Of a stretch of DNA of 31,506 bases, positions 7,849 through 16,586 are shown in pieces (within the stretch, counting starts at the first letter, position 1; the number at the start of each line of letters is the position of its first letter). The notes under the pieces are model-generated. The model was not told the origin of the DNA and searched no databases. It worked only from the letters and a program-made list of their open reading frames with translations. Both the position numbers and the translations under genes were made by a program. The stretch covers positions 1 to 31,506 of IMG/VR virus record IMGVR_UViG_3300014613_000072. One strand, written 5' to 3'. This DNA is from a virus. Taxonomy: Duplodnaviria > Caudoviricetes.

Positions 7849-9190
7849 CGAGGAGTACGAAGAATTCCTGAAGCGGAAGGGGAAGATCGGGCCAGATCAT
7901 GGCTTTGATCCTGTCTTCATGCCAGATTTCCTATACGACTTTCAACAGATTCTCGTCGAGTGGTCTGTGCGCCATGGTCGCGCTGCGCTTTTCGAGGACT
8001 GCGGGCTTGGAAAAACGCCGCAACAGCTCGTATGGTCCGAGAATGTCGTCAGGAAAACTAACGGGCGAATCCTGATTCTGACGCCGTTAGCAGTCGCTCG
8101 CCAGACAGTCCGGGAAGCCGAGAAGTTCGGAATCGAGGCGAGTGTTTCCCGGGATGGGTCGCTCAAAACAAAGATCGTCGTGGCGAACTATGAGCAACTC
8201 CATCGGTTCAATCCCGGGGATTTCGCCGGATGCGTATGTGATGAATCGAGTATATTGAAGAGCTTCACCGGGAAGATCAGAACAGCAATAACCGACTTTA
8301 TGCGGACAATACCCTATCGTCTGCTTTGCACTGCGACGGCGGCCCCGAACGATTATATTGAGCTCGGAACTTCGTCAGAAGCCCTCGGAGTGCTCGCCAG
8401 GAAGCACATGCTCGCTCAATATTTCACCCATGATGGCGGCTCAACATCGCAATGGCGACTCAAGGGACATGCCCGATCAAAGGCGTTCTGGGCATGGATG
8501 ACGACATGGGCTAGGGCGGTCCGCAAGCCATCAGATGTCGGGTGTGATGACGGCCCATTTGAGCTTCCAGAATTGATCGTAAACGACCACATAATCAGTG
8601 CTACCAGACCACGCGATGGGCTCCTGTTTGACCTCCCGGCAATCACCCTTGCCGAACAGCGCGAGGAACGTCGCAGGACCATCCCTGAGCGATGCGAGAA
8701 GGTTGCCTCACTGGTAGCAGACACCGGACAGCCGGCCGTATGCTGGTGTCACCTGAACGACGAAGGTGACCTGTTGGAGCGGCTTATCCCCGGAGCGGTC
8801 CAGGTTGCCGGGAAGGATTCAGATGAGAAAAAAGAGGAATCCTTGGAGGCGTTCGCTAACGGCGAGATTCGAGTCTTGGTGACGAAACCATCCATTGCAG
8901 GATGGGGGCTGAATTGGCAACACTGCGCCCATCAGACGTCGTTTCCGTCGCATTCTTTCGAGCAATGGTATCAATCGGTTCGTCGAAGCTGGAGGTTCGG
9001 CCAGACTCGTCCCGTTACAATAGATGTTGTCGCCTCAGAGGGGGAGTGTAATGTTATGAGAAACCTTCAGCGAAAGCAGGACGCGGCAGACCAGATGTTC
9101 GAGAGTATCGTTCAGGCAATGGGCCAAGTTCAGAAAGATACGAAAATCGTGAGAGAAACCAAGAAAGAGAAGGTGCCGTCATGGCTGTAA
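7844..9190 (+). CDS. SNF2-like superfamily 2 helicase
   Basis: Motifs DCGLGKT, DESS, TAT, GLNWQ and QSVRRSWRFGQ. Confidence 0.88.
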   Translation: MFEEYEEFLKRKGKIGPDHGFDPVFMPDFLYDFQQILVEWSVRHGRAALFEDCGLGKTPQQLVWSENVVRKTNGRILILTPLAVARQTVREAEKFGIEASVSRDGSLKTKIVVANYEQLHRFNPGDFAGCVCDESSILKSFTGKIRTAITDFMRTIPYRLLCTATAAPNDYIELGTSSEALGVLARKHMLAQYFTHDGGSTSQWRLKGHARSKAFWAWMTTWARAVRKPSDVGCDDGPFELPELIVNDHIISATRPRDGLLFDLPAITLAEQREERRRTIPERCEKVASLVADTGQPAVCWCHLNDEGDLLERLIPGAVQVAGKDSDEKKEESLEAFANGEIRVLVTKPSIAGWGLNWQHCAHQTSFPSHSFEQWYQSVRRSWRFGQTRPVTIDVVASEGECNVMRNLQRKQDAADQMFESIVQAMGQVQKDTKIVRETKKEKVPSWL

Positions 9191-10113
9191 GTAATCAAGT
9201 TGTTACCGAGAAGTACGCGATCTACAACGGAGATTCATGCGAGGTTCTCGGAAGTCTTCCCGATGATTCTGTCGGGTTTTCGATCTTCTCGCCTCCCTTC
9301 GCTGACCTGTATTGCTACTCGGATGACTTCCGAGATCTGAGCAATAACGGTACATACGAGGAGTTTTTCGAGCATTTCGGATTCATCATCGCCCATCTGT
9401 TTCGCGTCATAAAGCCTGGAAGAATCTGCGCTGTTCACTGCGTAGATATCCCGGCGATGAAGGAACGAGATGGGTATATCGGGCTCAAGGACTTCCCAGG
9501 AGATATCATCCGGGCTTTCGGCAAGGCAGGATTCATCTATCACTCGCGGACAGTCATCTGGAAAGACCCGCTTATCGAGGCGACTCGGACGCACAGCCTC
9601 GGGCTGATGCACAAGCAACTCGTCAAGGATTCCTCGATGGTACGGGCGGGTCTGCCCGACTATCTGCTCGCATTTCGAGTGCCAGGGGAATCGGCAGAAC
9701 CCATCGCTCATCCTGACGGACTGACGGAGTATTGCGGCAGTGATGATCCGGGAGGAATCGGAGCAAAGCGCTCTCAATACATCTGGCGTTCATACGCATC
9801 GCCGGTCTGGATGGACATCCGCCAGACCAGAACACTCGACGCGAAATCCGGGAGGTCTCCCGAGGACGAGAAGCATCTTTGCCCGCTTCAACTTGACGTG
9901 ATCGAACGAGGATTGGTGCTTTGGAGTAACCCCGGAGACACCGTGTTGACTCCGTTCATGGGCGTCGGAAGCGAGGTTTACGTGTCGGTCCTGATGGGCC
10001 GGAAGGGTGTCGGTATCGAGCTGAAAGAGAGCTACTTTTCGCAGGCGGTAAAACACGTTCAAGAAGCCGCTAAGTCCGGGAAAGTCAGACAGGGGTCATT
10101 TGAGGGATTCTGA
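9181..10113 (+). CDS. DNA N4-cytosine/N6-adenine methyltransferase (beta-class order)
   Basis: Catalytic SPPF near the N-terminus and SAM-binding PFMGVGS near the C-terminus. Confidence 0.9.
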   Translation: MAVSNQVVTEKYAIYNGDSCEVLGSLPDDSVGFSIFSPPFADLYCYSDDFRDLSNNGTYEEFFEHFGFIIAHLFRVIKPGRICAVHCVDIPAMKERDGYIGLKDFPGDIIRAFGKAGFIYHSRTVIWKDPLIEATRTHSLGLMHKQLVKDSSMVRAGLPDYLLAFRVPGESAEPIAHPDGLTEYCGSDDPGGIGAKRSQYIWRSYASPVWMDIRQTRTLDAKSGRSPEDEKHLCPLQLDVIERGLVLWSNPGDTVLTPFMGVGSEVYVSVLMGRKGVGIELKESYFSQAVKHVQEAAKSGKVRQGSFEGF

Positions 10114-10138
10114 TCTTTTGAGAAACAAAGGAGATGAG

Positions 10139-10402
10139 ATGAAACAACCAAAAGAGACGAATGCTTGCTGCAATTGCAAATGCGATTGCAGCGAGAACAC
10201 AACGGAATACCTGGCCTTTTCAGGCTACGGGTTCTGCCGGGATTGCCTCAAGAAGGCGCTCGAAGAATCGCGGAAGAGCGGATACTGCCCTCGCCGTCGA
10301 TGCACGGGGCATCTGGAGGCGTTCAATTCGAGACTGCTCTATTGTCCCAAGTGCGGAGCGATGGTGCCCAGGGAGGCGGATGAGGAGGTCAGGGCGGCAT
10401 GA
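10139..10402 (+). CDS. Small Cys-rich hypothetical protein
   Basis: Several CxxC motifs. SD AAGGAG before ATG 10139. Confidence 0.6.
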   Translation: MKQPKETNACCNCKCDCSENTTEYLAFSGYGFCRDCLKKALEESRKSGYCPRRRCTGHLEAFNSRLLYCPKCGAMVPREADEEVRAA

Positions 10403-10731
10403 ACAAAAAACAGACTGACCAGTACGTCGCCTATTTCGTCGGAGGACTGCTCTATCAGTACCTTTTCGTCGAGAAATCTATCCCTCACGATCCTCTGGTC
10501 TATGATGAGTCGTTTTCCGAGGAACTACGCGGACGGAAGATGTCAGATGAAGACAGGGAGAAGGTCGAAGAAGCTCTCTGGGAATTCGTCGATAGTCTTT
10601 TCACGAAGTCCGGCGGAAAGAGTCGGAGGAGAGGTGGGAAGGTGAAGGGTATCGGGAAGCCAGGGAGGAAGTGGAAGGGGTACGAGCGGCACCGGATAAC
10701 GTTCAGGTGCGGGAGGTATCTCGGCCAGTAG
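10399..10731 (+). CDS. Hypothetical protein
   Basis: ATGA coupling and GGAGG upstream. Basic, Gly-rich C-terminus. Confidence 0.6.
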   Translation: MNKKQTDQYVAYFVGGLLYQYLFVEKSIPHDPLVYDESFSEELRGRKMSDEDREKVEEALWEFVDSLFTKSGGKSRRRGGKVKGIGKPGRKWKGYERHRITFRCGRYLGQ

Positions 10732-10868
10732 CTCGCTTCTCAGCCCGTCTCCTCTCCATCTGGTAGCACGCCATACAGTGCCCCCCTGAAACCGGCTTTC
10801 GGTGACGTCCGCACACCGGACAGACCGGCAAGCTCACAGACGCGAGAGCGCTCCGAAGCGCCCCAAGG

Positions 10869-10970
10869 GTGCCAAAACTTTAGCACTGTGTCAGATTGTG
10901 CCAAGTGTAACAAATTGTTACATGGTGGAAACGGTGACAATCTAGGATCTGTGTGCTAAAACTTTAGCAC
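10869..10970. promoter_or_regulatory. Cluster of three palindromic operator-like sites before the packaging genes
   Basis: GTGCCAAAACTTTAGCAC (10869-10886), TGTAACAA-A-TTGTTACA (10906-10922), GTGCTAAA-AC-TTTAGCAC (10953-10970). Confidence 0.65.
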
Positions 10971-10971
10971 T

Positions 10972-11475
10972 ATGCCGAAGGGTGCATCGAGACAGGAAGT
11001 CGAACGGCGAGTCAGAATCGCCGAAGCTCTTATTATTCAGGGTCGTGCAACCGACCTCGAAGGGCTCAAGCAGGGGCTCGAAGAGGCAGGAATAGTGGTC
11101 TCTGTGAAGACCGCCATCCGCTACGCCGAGCAGGCGAGAAAGCGCCTCACGACTGCCGACGACGAGTTGAGAGTAGCTCGCAGGGAGATACTGACCAGGA
11201 AGGTCCTCGCCCTTGATGCGTCCATTGCCGCTGGAATCTCGAAACACAACGTCATTCCGACCTACGCTGATCGGATTGCCTGCCTGAAACTCCTCCGGGA
11301 TATACTCGGAATCGAGTCGAGCCCTACGGCGAAACCTGCCGTCGATCCTGCAGAGTTTGAGCTCGAGAAGAAAAACGAAAAGGAGCTTGATGATCTCCTT
11401 GTAGGAATGCTCAGGAAGTCGGCGTCTATGCTCGAATGCACCGGAGTTGAAGCTGGCAAAGAATCCGAGAAATGA
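10972..11475 (+). CDS. Putative terminase small subunit
   Basis: Lies immediately before TerL with an ATGA overlap. Helical, HTH-like N-terminus (VSVKTAIRY) and LKLLRDILG helix. Confidence 0.6.
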   Translation: MPKGASRQEVERRVRIAEALIIQGRATDLEGLKQGLEEAGIVVSVKTAIRYAEQARKRLTTADDELRVARREILTRKVLALDASIAAGISKHNVIPTYADRIACLKLLRDILGIESSPTAKPAVDPAEFELEKKNEKELDDLLVGMLRKSASMLECTGVEAGKESEK

Positions 11476-13061
11476 GCTTTGACAATGAGCTGAGGGAAGG
11501 CGCGAAGAAGCTACTCGATCAGGCTGAAAAGATCGAGGAGATAGTCCGCAAGAAGTTCCCGTCAAAGGCAGATAAACTCGCAGGATACAACGCTCTCAAA
11601 GCTGGCCAGATCGCCCTGGCTCGCCAGAATCCTTCCGCCTTTATCGAATACGCCCTGCCTCACGAAAAGACCGGCAAGGCGATCAAGAACGCTCCATTTC
11701 ATCGAGAGTGGCAATCGTTCCTATCTAACGTCCGCTGGGGAGTCATTATCGCTCCGGTGGAACACGGGAAGTCCTACCAGATATCGGTAGGACGAATCCT
11801 CTGGGAGCTTGGCACCAACCCCGACTTGCGGATACTGCTTATCGGCCGAAACGAGGCGATGGCGTCCAAGAGCTTGCGCTTCCTTCGCCAGCAAATTGAG
11901 TACAATCCGAAGGTCCGCGAGGTATTCCCTCACCTGCGAAAGGGGACGAAGAAGGGCGACCTCTGGAACGATACCGACATCACGATTGCTCGCTCCTATT
12001 CTTCCCGGGACCCGTCGGTGCAAGCCCGTGGCAGCGGCTCGACGAATATCCTCTCTTCTCGGCTTGACCTCATCGTCTATGACGACGGGCTTGACCTCCA
12101 AAACACGAATACAAAGTACGCTCGTGACAAAGAAGAAGAGTGGTTCGATACCGTCGCAGTATCGCGGCTCGTTGACGACTATAAAAACAACGTCTTCGGC
12201 CGGATATTCGCCATTGGTACGCCCTTCAATGAAGACGACTTACTCCACCGACTCATAAAGCGTCCAGGGTGGAAGTCTCTCCGGTATTCCGCTGTCGAGA
12301 ATCCAGAAGATGATCCCTCGCTCTGGCGTCCGATATGGCCGGAAGTGTGGCCGTTGATACGCCTACTCGACAGGCGGAAGATAACGACTGTTACAGCCTT
12401 CGCCAGGACGCTTCTATGCCAGGTCCTAGACCTCGCCAGTCGCCGCTTCAAGTGGTCCTGGATAGACCATATGCTATGGATGGGGAGGGGCAGGTCGTTC
12501 CTCAAGCGAGCCCCTACGCAGAACGGCGTACCCCTCCCATGTTTCACCGGGCTCGACCCTGGCATGGGAAAGAAGAAATCGGACGCAGTAAGCTGCTTAT
12601 TCACCGTCGCGGTCGATTCCTATGGTCGCCGGATCATCGTAGACATTCGCTCCGGCCACTGGACAGGTCCAGAGATGCTGGACGAGTGCCGTCACGTCAG
12701 CGACCAATTCGGGAGCGAAATCTTCGTCGAAGGCAACGCCGCTCAAAGGTGGATGGCGGAGTTTGGGAACGAGATCGGCCTGGTCTGTCGAGCCGTCAAC
12801 ACAGGCCGTGAAAAGTGGGATGAGCAGAGAGGTGTCGAATCTCTCGCCGTCCTAATGAGGGGAGGATTCCTCGTTGCACCGTCGAGCGAGAACGCAGAAG
12901 CTATCGACGATGAGGTCAGGGAATGGATCGAGGAGTGCTACAATTACGACCCGTCAACGCACACAGGAGATCGCCTCATGGCGTCGTGGATATGCGACAA
13001 GGGTGTCAGGGAATACCTCGCTCCGAGGGTGAGCTACGACGATGACGCAACCTACCGTTGA
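11472..13061 (+). CDS. terL: Terminase large subunit
   Basis: Walker A variant APVEHGKS, Walker B LIVYDD, motif III IGTP, RNase H-like nuclease GLDPG...D and GDRLMA. Confidence 0.92.
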   Translation: MSFDNELREGAKKLLDQAEKIEEIVRKKFPSKADKLAGYNALKAGQIALARQNPSAFIEYALPHEKTGKAIKNAPFHREWQSFLSNVRWGVIIAPVEHGKSYQISVGRILWELGTNPDLRILLIGRNEAMASKSLRFLRQQIEYNPKVREVFPHLRKGTKKGDLWNDTDITIARSYSSRDPSVQARGSGSTNILSSRLDLIVYDDGLDLQNTNTKYARDKEEEWFDTVAVSRLVDDYKNNVFGRIFAIGTPFNEDDLLHRLIKRPGWKSLRYSAVENPEDDPSLWRPIWPEVWPLIRLLDRRKITTVTAFARTLLCQVLDLASRRFKWSWIDHMLWMGRGRSFLKRAPTQNGVPLPCFTGLDPGMGKKKSDAVSCLFTVAVDSYGRRIIVDIRSGHWTGPEMLDECRHVSDQFGSEIFVEGNAAQRWMAEFGNEIGLVCRAVNTGREKWDEQRGVESLAVLMRGGFLVAPSSENAEAIDDEVREWIEECYNYDPSTHTGDRLMASWICDKGVREYLAPRVSYDDDATYR

Positions 13062-13086
13062 CAAGAACCAAACATTTACTTACTTT
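13058..13086 (+). promoter_or_regulatory. Sigma70-type promoter for the moron ORF
   Basis: TTGACA (13058-13063), 17 nt spacer, TACTTT (13081-13086). Confidence 0.65.
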
Positions 13087-13108
13087 GAACTACAGGAGAC
13101 GGACCAAT

Positions 13109-13288
13109 ATGGAAAAGAGAAGACTTCCGAAGTGGACCAAAGGTGTCTTAGATCTTCCGAGGAACGTCAAGGCAAAGAAAGAAGCCCTCGACAACTTTGC
13201 AAAACGCAAATACCTGGAAAGCATCTTCAGATACGGACCAGTAAACGTCGAACAACATGTCGGGATATGCGTTCGTCCGAAGAAGTAG
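13109..13288 (+). CDS. Small basic 59-aa moron protein
   Basis: AGGAG upstream of ATG 13109. Sequence MEKRRLPKWTKG...RPKK. Has its own promoter. Confidence 0.6.
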   Translation: MEKRRLPKWTKGVLDLPRNVKAKKEALDNFAKRKYLESIFRYGPVNVEQHVGICVRPKK

Positions 13289-13328
13289 CAACCTACCGTT
13301 GACCTTGATGTCGTGATATGCTCACCCC

Positions 13329-13772
13329 GTGAAGTGGAACGCCGAGTTGAGCATCGCTGACGGGGCCGGAGGGGTAGACCCACGGGACTTCCCGGGGCTG
13401 GTAGACCCTGGGCACCTGTTCCACCTGCCGCACCTTGGGCGGCCTCTGGGTGGCCGAGACCAGCGAGTGATCATCGGGCTGGACGCTCCGACTATTGACT
13501 GGATTCAGTTCGAGCTTTGGGCTTGCGACAGTCGTGACTTGGAATCGTCCCCGGCTGATAGACGATGGTATCTGATCCTGAACATGACGAAATTCTTCTG
13601 GCTAAAAGGTGGCCATGTCGTGCAGACACGGCTCGACCAACTCTATCAGTGTTTTTCGGCTGATCAGTCGGCAGGGCTGTACTACTTCCGGCCAATGAAT
13701 ATGTCGTTCAGCGCGGCTGAAAGCCCCGTACTCTTCCGCGCTGTCGGAGGATCTCATGGAATGGAATGCTGA
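13329..13772 (+). CDS. Hypothetical protein, paralog A (possibly virion-associated)
   Basis: Shares WNAE, DPR, IGLDAPT, FExWAxDSRD, RWY and QTRLDQ with the next ORF. Confidence 0.7.
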   Translation: MKWNAELSIADGAGGVDPRDFPGLVDPGHLFHLPHLGRPLGGRDQRVIIGLDAPTIDWIQFELWACDSRDLESSPADRRWYLILNMTKFFWLKGGHVVQTRLDQLYQCFSADQSAGLYYFRPMNMSFSAAESPVLFRAVGGSHGMEC

Positions 13773-14157
13773 AGTATCAGTCTCCGCTGGAGTGGCGAAG
13801 GCAGACCCTCGGGCGAACCCTGCCTCTGTGGCCGTAGAGGACATCGTAGACCTGCCGGAGCGTGACAGGAGTGGAAGGCTCTGCTCCCGCCTCATTGTCG
13901 GTCTGGACGCCCCTACGGCTGAGACGGTGACGTTTGAGGTATGGGCGCTCGATTCCCGGGATACTGCGAATCCTCCGGCTGCTACCGACCGCTGGTACAT
14001 CGTCTATTCCGGTGTTGGCCTGGCCGGTGGAAGCGTCTACCAGACGCGGCTAGACCAAGTTGACGAGGGATTCGTTTCAGGAGGTCGGTTTTATGTGCGG
14101 CGCACCGCCGATACCCTGGCAGCGACTCGAACGGTTCTGCTACGTGTTGCGGAGTAG
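13756..14157 (+). CDS. Hypothetical protein, paralog B (possibly virion-associated)
   Basis: Paralog of 13329-13772. GGAGG upstream. Confidence 0.75.
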   Translation: MEWNAEVSVSAGVAKADPRANPASVAVEDIVDLPERDRSGRLCSRLIVGLDAPTAETVTFEVWALDSRDTANPPAATDRWYIVYSGVGLAGGSVYQTRLDQVDEGFVSGGRFYVRRTADTLAATRTVLLRVAE

Positions 14158-14219
14158 TTTTCGTGATAGTGTTCGGATTGAAGCCGGGAACACCGGCGAA
14201 GGATAGATAGGAGGTTCCC

Positions 14220-16559
14220 ATGGCTGATCATCTCGTACTGAACCGATACGAAGGCGTCTACAGCGGCCAGACCTGGCGAATGAAGGCCGGGGATGTCGTC
14301 AGTGACACCGAAGTACCCGTTACCGCGCTGAACGCCTACGGGCTTCAGACGGTCCCCTATGTCGCTGCGACAATGGCGACCCCGGTACTCGAATTCAAGG
14401 AGCGCTACGGCTCCGACGAGTGGCCGGAAGGTATGGCCGAAGCGTTCCTTTCCGCCGGCCTCTCCGGGGGCGCTCCGGTTCTGACTGGAATCGTCGCTCC
14501 CGGTGGAGTCGTGACCGGACTGCTCGGTCAATGGTACCGGGATACCGTGCTCGGAACGTGGTGGCAATGCACGTCGAACCCGAGCGGAACGGCGTGGAAC
14601 AGCTACCGGACCACGGCGCAACTCGCATCGGCGGTAGCAGCATCGGAAGGTGCTCTTCTCGTCGGTACTGACGCGAAGGCAAATCTCGGTGGCGCTGCAA
14701 CCGTTGAGGCAGCTCTTACCTATCTGGACACGGCAGACAGTGCGACCGCTGCGGAACTGGCCAGCGTTGTCCCGGCGGCAGAAGGCGCGCTTCTGGTCGG
14801 GACCGATCCGAAGGTGAATCTCGGAGCCGCTGCCGATGTCGAGGCCGCTCTTACCTTCATCGACGGCCAGGACCCTGTGAAGTTCTCGAGCGGCGCAGGC
14901 GACCCTAACGCCGGAGCTGGAACCGCTGGGGACGCAGGAGATTACTACCTGCGGCCCGGTGTGGCCCTGTATCGCAATGCCGATGGAACCAATTTCGGAT
15001 GGCTTGCTCTTGCAGACCAGGACTGGGTTACCGCCCTGGTCATCGCCGGAATCGGCTGGCGCGAAGAACTGCTCTCGGCTGCCCAACTCATCGACGGAGC
15101 GGCTGGCGGTGTCGCCGCCGGAATGATTCTGTCCATCACTGGTCAGCCGTCTCCAACAGACACCCTGACCATCGACGATGGTGTCGCCCCGGAAACCTTC
15201 ACATTCGTCGCAGGCGCTCCCGGCGCTTTCGAGGTGCAAATCGGCGGAAACGTCGCTGCAACCGAGGTCAACTTGGTCGCCTCGTTGCTCGCCAATTCGC
15301 TGCTCTGGCGCGGTCTGATCACCGCTAGTCTCGACCGCTACTTCGCTGGTTTGCCCGCCCAACAGGTCATTCTCAGGCGCATTCTCGCCGGTCCACGGAC
15401 CGACCGTGTTTACGCGACCCTGACCGGAGCAGGGGCGATTCAAATCGTCGATTTTGTGACCGCTGGGCGCGACGACTATCAGCCTGCCGCTGCGACGGAA
15501 GCCGCCATTCCAGCTGCCGACCCAGGAACCGGGCACTTTGGACTCGGGCGAGCTCTCGCGAATCTGCTCGAAAACGAGACTCATATGTGCGCCCAAACCG
15601 ACGCCGGTTACACCTGGGAATCCGATGGGCAGACCTGGAATCGGACCCTCGTACTCGGCTACTCTCAGGCCGAGATCAACAGCGTTGTAGGCGGTGCTGA
15701 AGGTGCATTGCTGGTAGGCACTGACGCGAAAGCGAATCTCGGCGCAGCGGCAACAGTCGAAGCGGCTCTCACCGAGTTGGACACGAGGAATCCGCCAGCT
15801 CGTTCCAGCGGGGCAGTCAACCCGAACGATGGAGCCGGGACGGCCGGGGCCATCGGTGATATCTACGTCAACACCGTGACTGACCAGCTCTGGGTAAACC
15901 AGAATGGAGCGGTCAACGGTTGGGTCCTAACCGACAGTGATCTCGGTTCCGTGGCGACCCTGATCGTTCTTCAAGCCGGCCTTCCTGTCGCTGGACAGAC
16001 GTTCCAGGTAGGGGCCGATACCTACACCGCAATCGCCCCAGGTGTTCCCGCTGCCTTCGAGTTCGTGGTCGCGGTGGGCGATCCGAATACCACGATGGCG
16101 AATCTGCTCGCTGCCATTGTCCTGAGCGGTACCGAATACCTGTTCTGGGATCAGATCGACGTGACCCATCTTCGGGCTCGGAGCGCCGATGCTCCCCAGG
16201 GAAATATCATCTCGGCGGACCCGAATATCGTCGTGACCTGGAACCTCGCGAACTATACCTGCTCGACAGTCACGACCGAATCTCTGAACCTCCAAGCAGG
16301 TCGAGCAGCCGGTCTGAAAACCGAGTCAAGCGCCGTTCTCACCATCGGAGCAGGGCACGTCGCTGTCGCTCAGGCGCGGATCGCCTTCCCGTTCAATGTG
16401 ACCGAGTTCATGGTCCAGTGCCGGACAGCATTGGGCGTCGTTTTCAGTCCAGTCGGCGATACCTTCCTCATCGACAATGGTGACATCCTCATTACCCTCG
16501 CCGGCGGCGGGGGCAACCTCGCTGCGACCGATATCGTGACCGTGACCGCTCGGGCATAA
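14220..16559 (+). CDS. Large Ala/Gly/Thr-rich virion protein with internal repeats (head fibre/decoration-like)
   Basis: SD AGGAGG. Three EGALLVGTDxKxNLGxAAxVEAALT repeats, and SSGAxxPNxGAGTAG..GDxY motifs of fibre type. Confidence 0.7.
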   Translation: MADHLVLNRYEGVYSGQTWRMKAGDVVSDTEVPVTALNAYGLQTVPYVAATMATPVLEFKERYGSDEWPEGMAEAFLSAGLSGGAPVLTGIVAPGGVVTGLLGQWYRDTVLGTWWQCTSNPSGTAWNSYRTTAQLASAVAASEGALLVGTDAKANLGGAATVEAALTYLDTADSATAAELASVVPAAEGALLVGTDPKVNLGAAADVEAALTFIDGQDPVKFSSGAGDPNAGAGTAGDAGDYYLRPGVALYRNADGTNFGWLALADQDWVTALVIAGIGWREELLSAAQLIDGAAGGVAAGMILSITGQPSPTDTLTIDDGVAPETFTFVAGAPGAFEVQIGGNVAATEVNLVASLLANSLLWRGLITASLDRYFAGLPAQQVILRRILAGPRTDRVYATLTGAGAIQIVDFVTAGRDDYQPAAATEAAIPAADPGTGHFGLGRALANLLENETHMCAQTDAGYTWESDGQTWNRTLVLGYSQAEINSVVGGAEGALLVGTDAKANLGAAATVEAALTELDTRNPPARSSGAVNPNDGAGTAGAIGDIYVNTVTDQLWVNQNGAVNGWVLTDSDLGSVATLIVLQAGLPVAGQTFQVGADTYTAIAPGVPAAFEFVVAVGDPNTTMANLLAAIVLSGTEYLFWDQIDVTHLRARSADAPQGNIISADPNIVVTWNLANYTCSTVTTESLNLQAGRAAGLKTESSAVLTIGAGHVAVAQARIAFPFNVTEFMVQCRTALGVVFSPVGDTFLIDNGDILITLAGGGGNLAATDIVTVTARA

Positions 16560-16586
16560 TCCCTCGCCCTGTGGTATCCTGTCGAT

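Larger units (their letters stand above)
13047..13303 (+). repeat. 16-bp direct repeat GCAACCTACCGTTGAC bounding a moron-like insert
   Basis: Identical copies at 13047-13062 and 13288-13303. Confidence 0.9.

Noticed and set aside
10732-10868. tRNA or known ncRNA in the long intergenic spacer
   Set aside because: No cloverleaf, T-loop GTTCRA or CCA end is recognisable by eye.
13047-13303. IS element or MITE
   Set aside because: No terminal inverted repeats or transposase. Only direct repeats are present.
14091-15596. 501-aa minus-strand ORF, and the many other minus-strand ORFs in the track
   Set aside because: They shadow GC-rich plus-strand genes and have no recognisable motifs. Biased codon usage on the coding strand explains the lack of antisense stops.
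14646-15780. Repeats in the 779-aa gene as a diversity-generating retroelement TR/VR pair
   Set aside because: Differences are mostly at third codon positions rather than adenine-specific, and no reverse transcriptase is present in the window.
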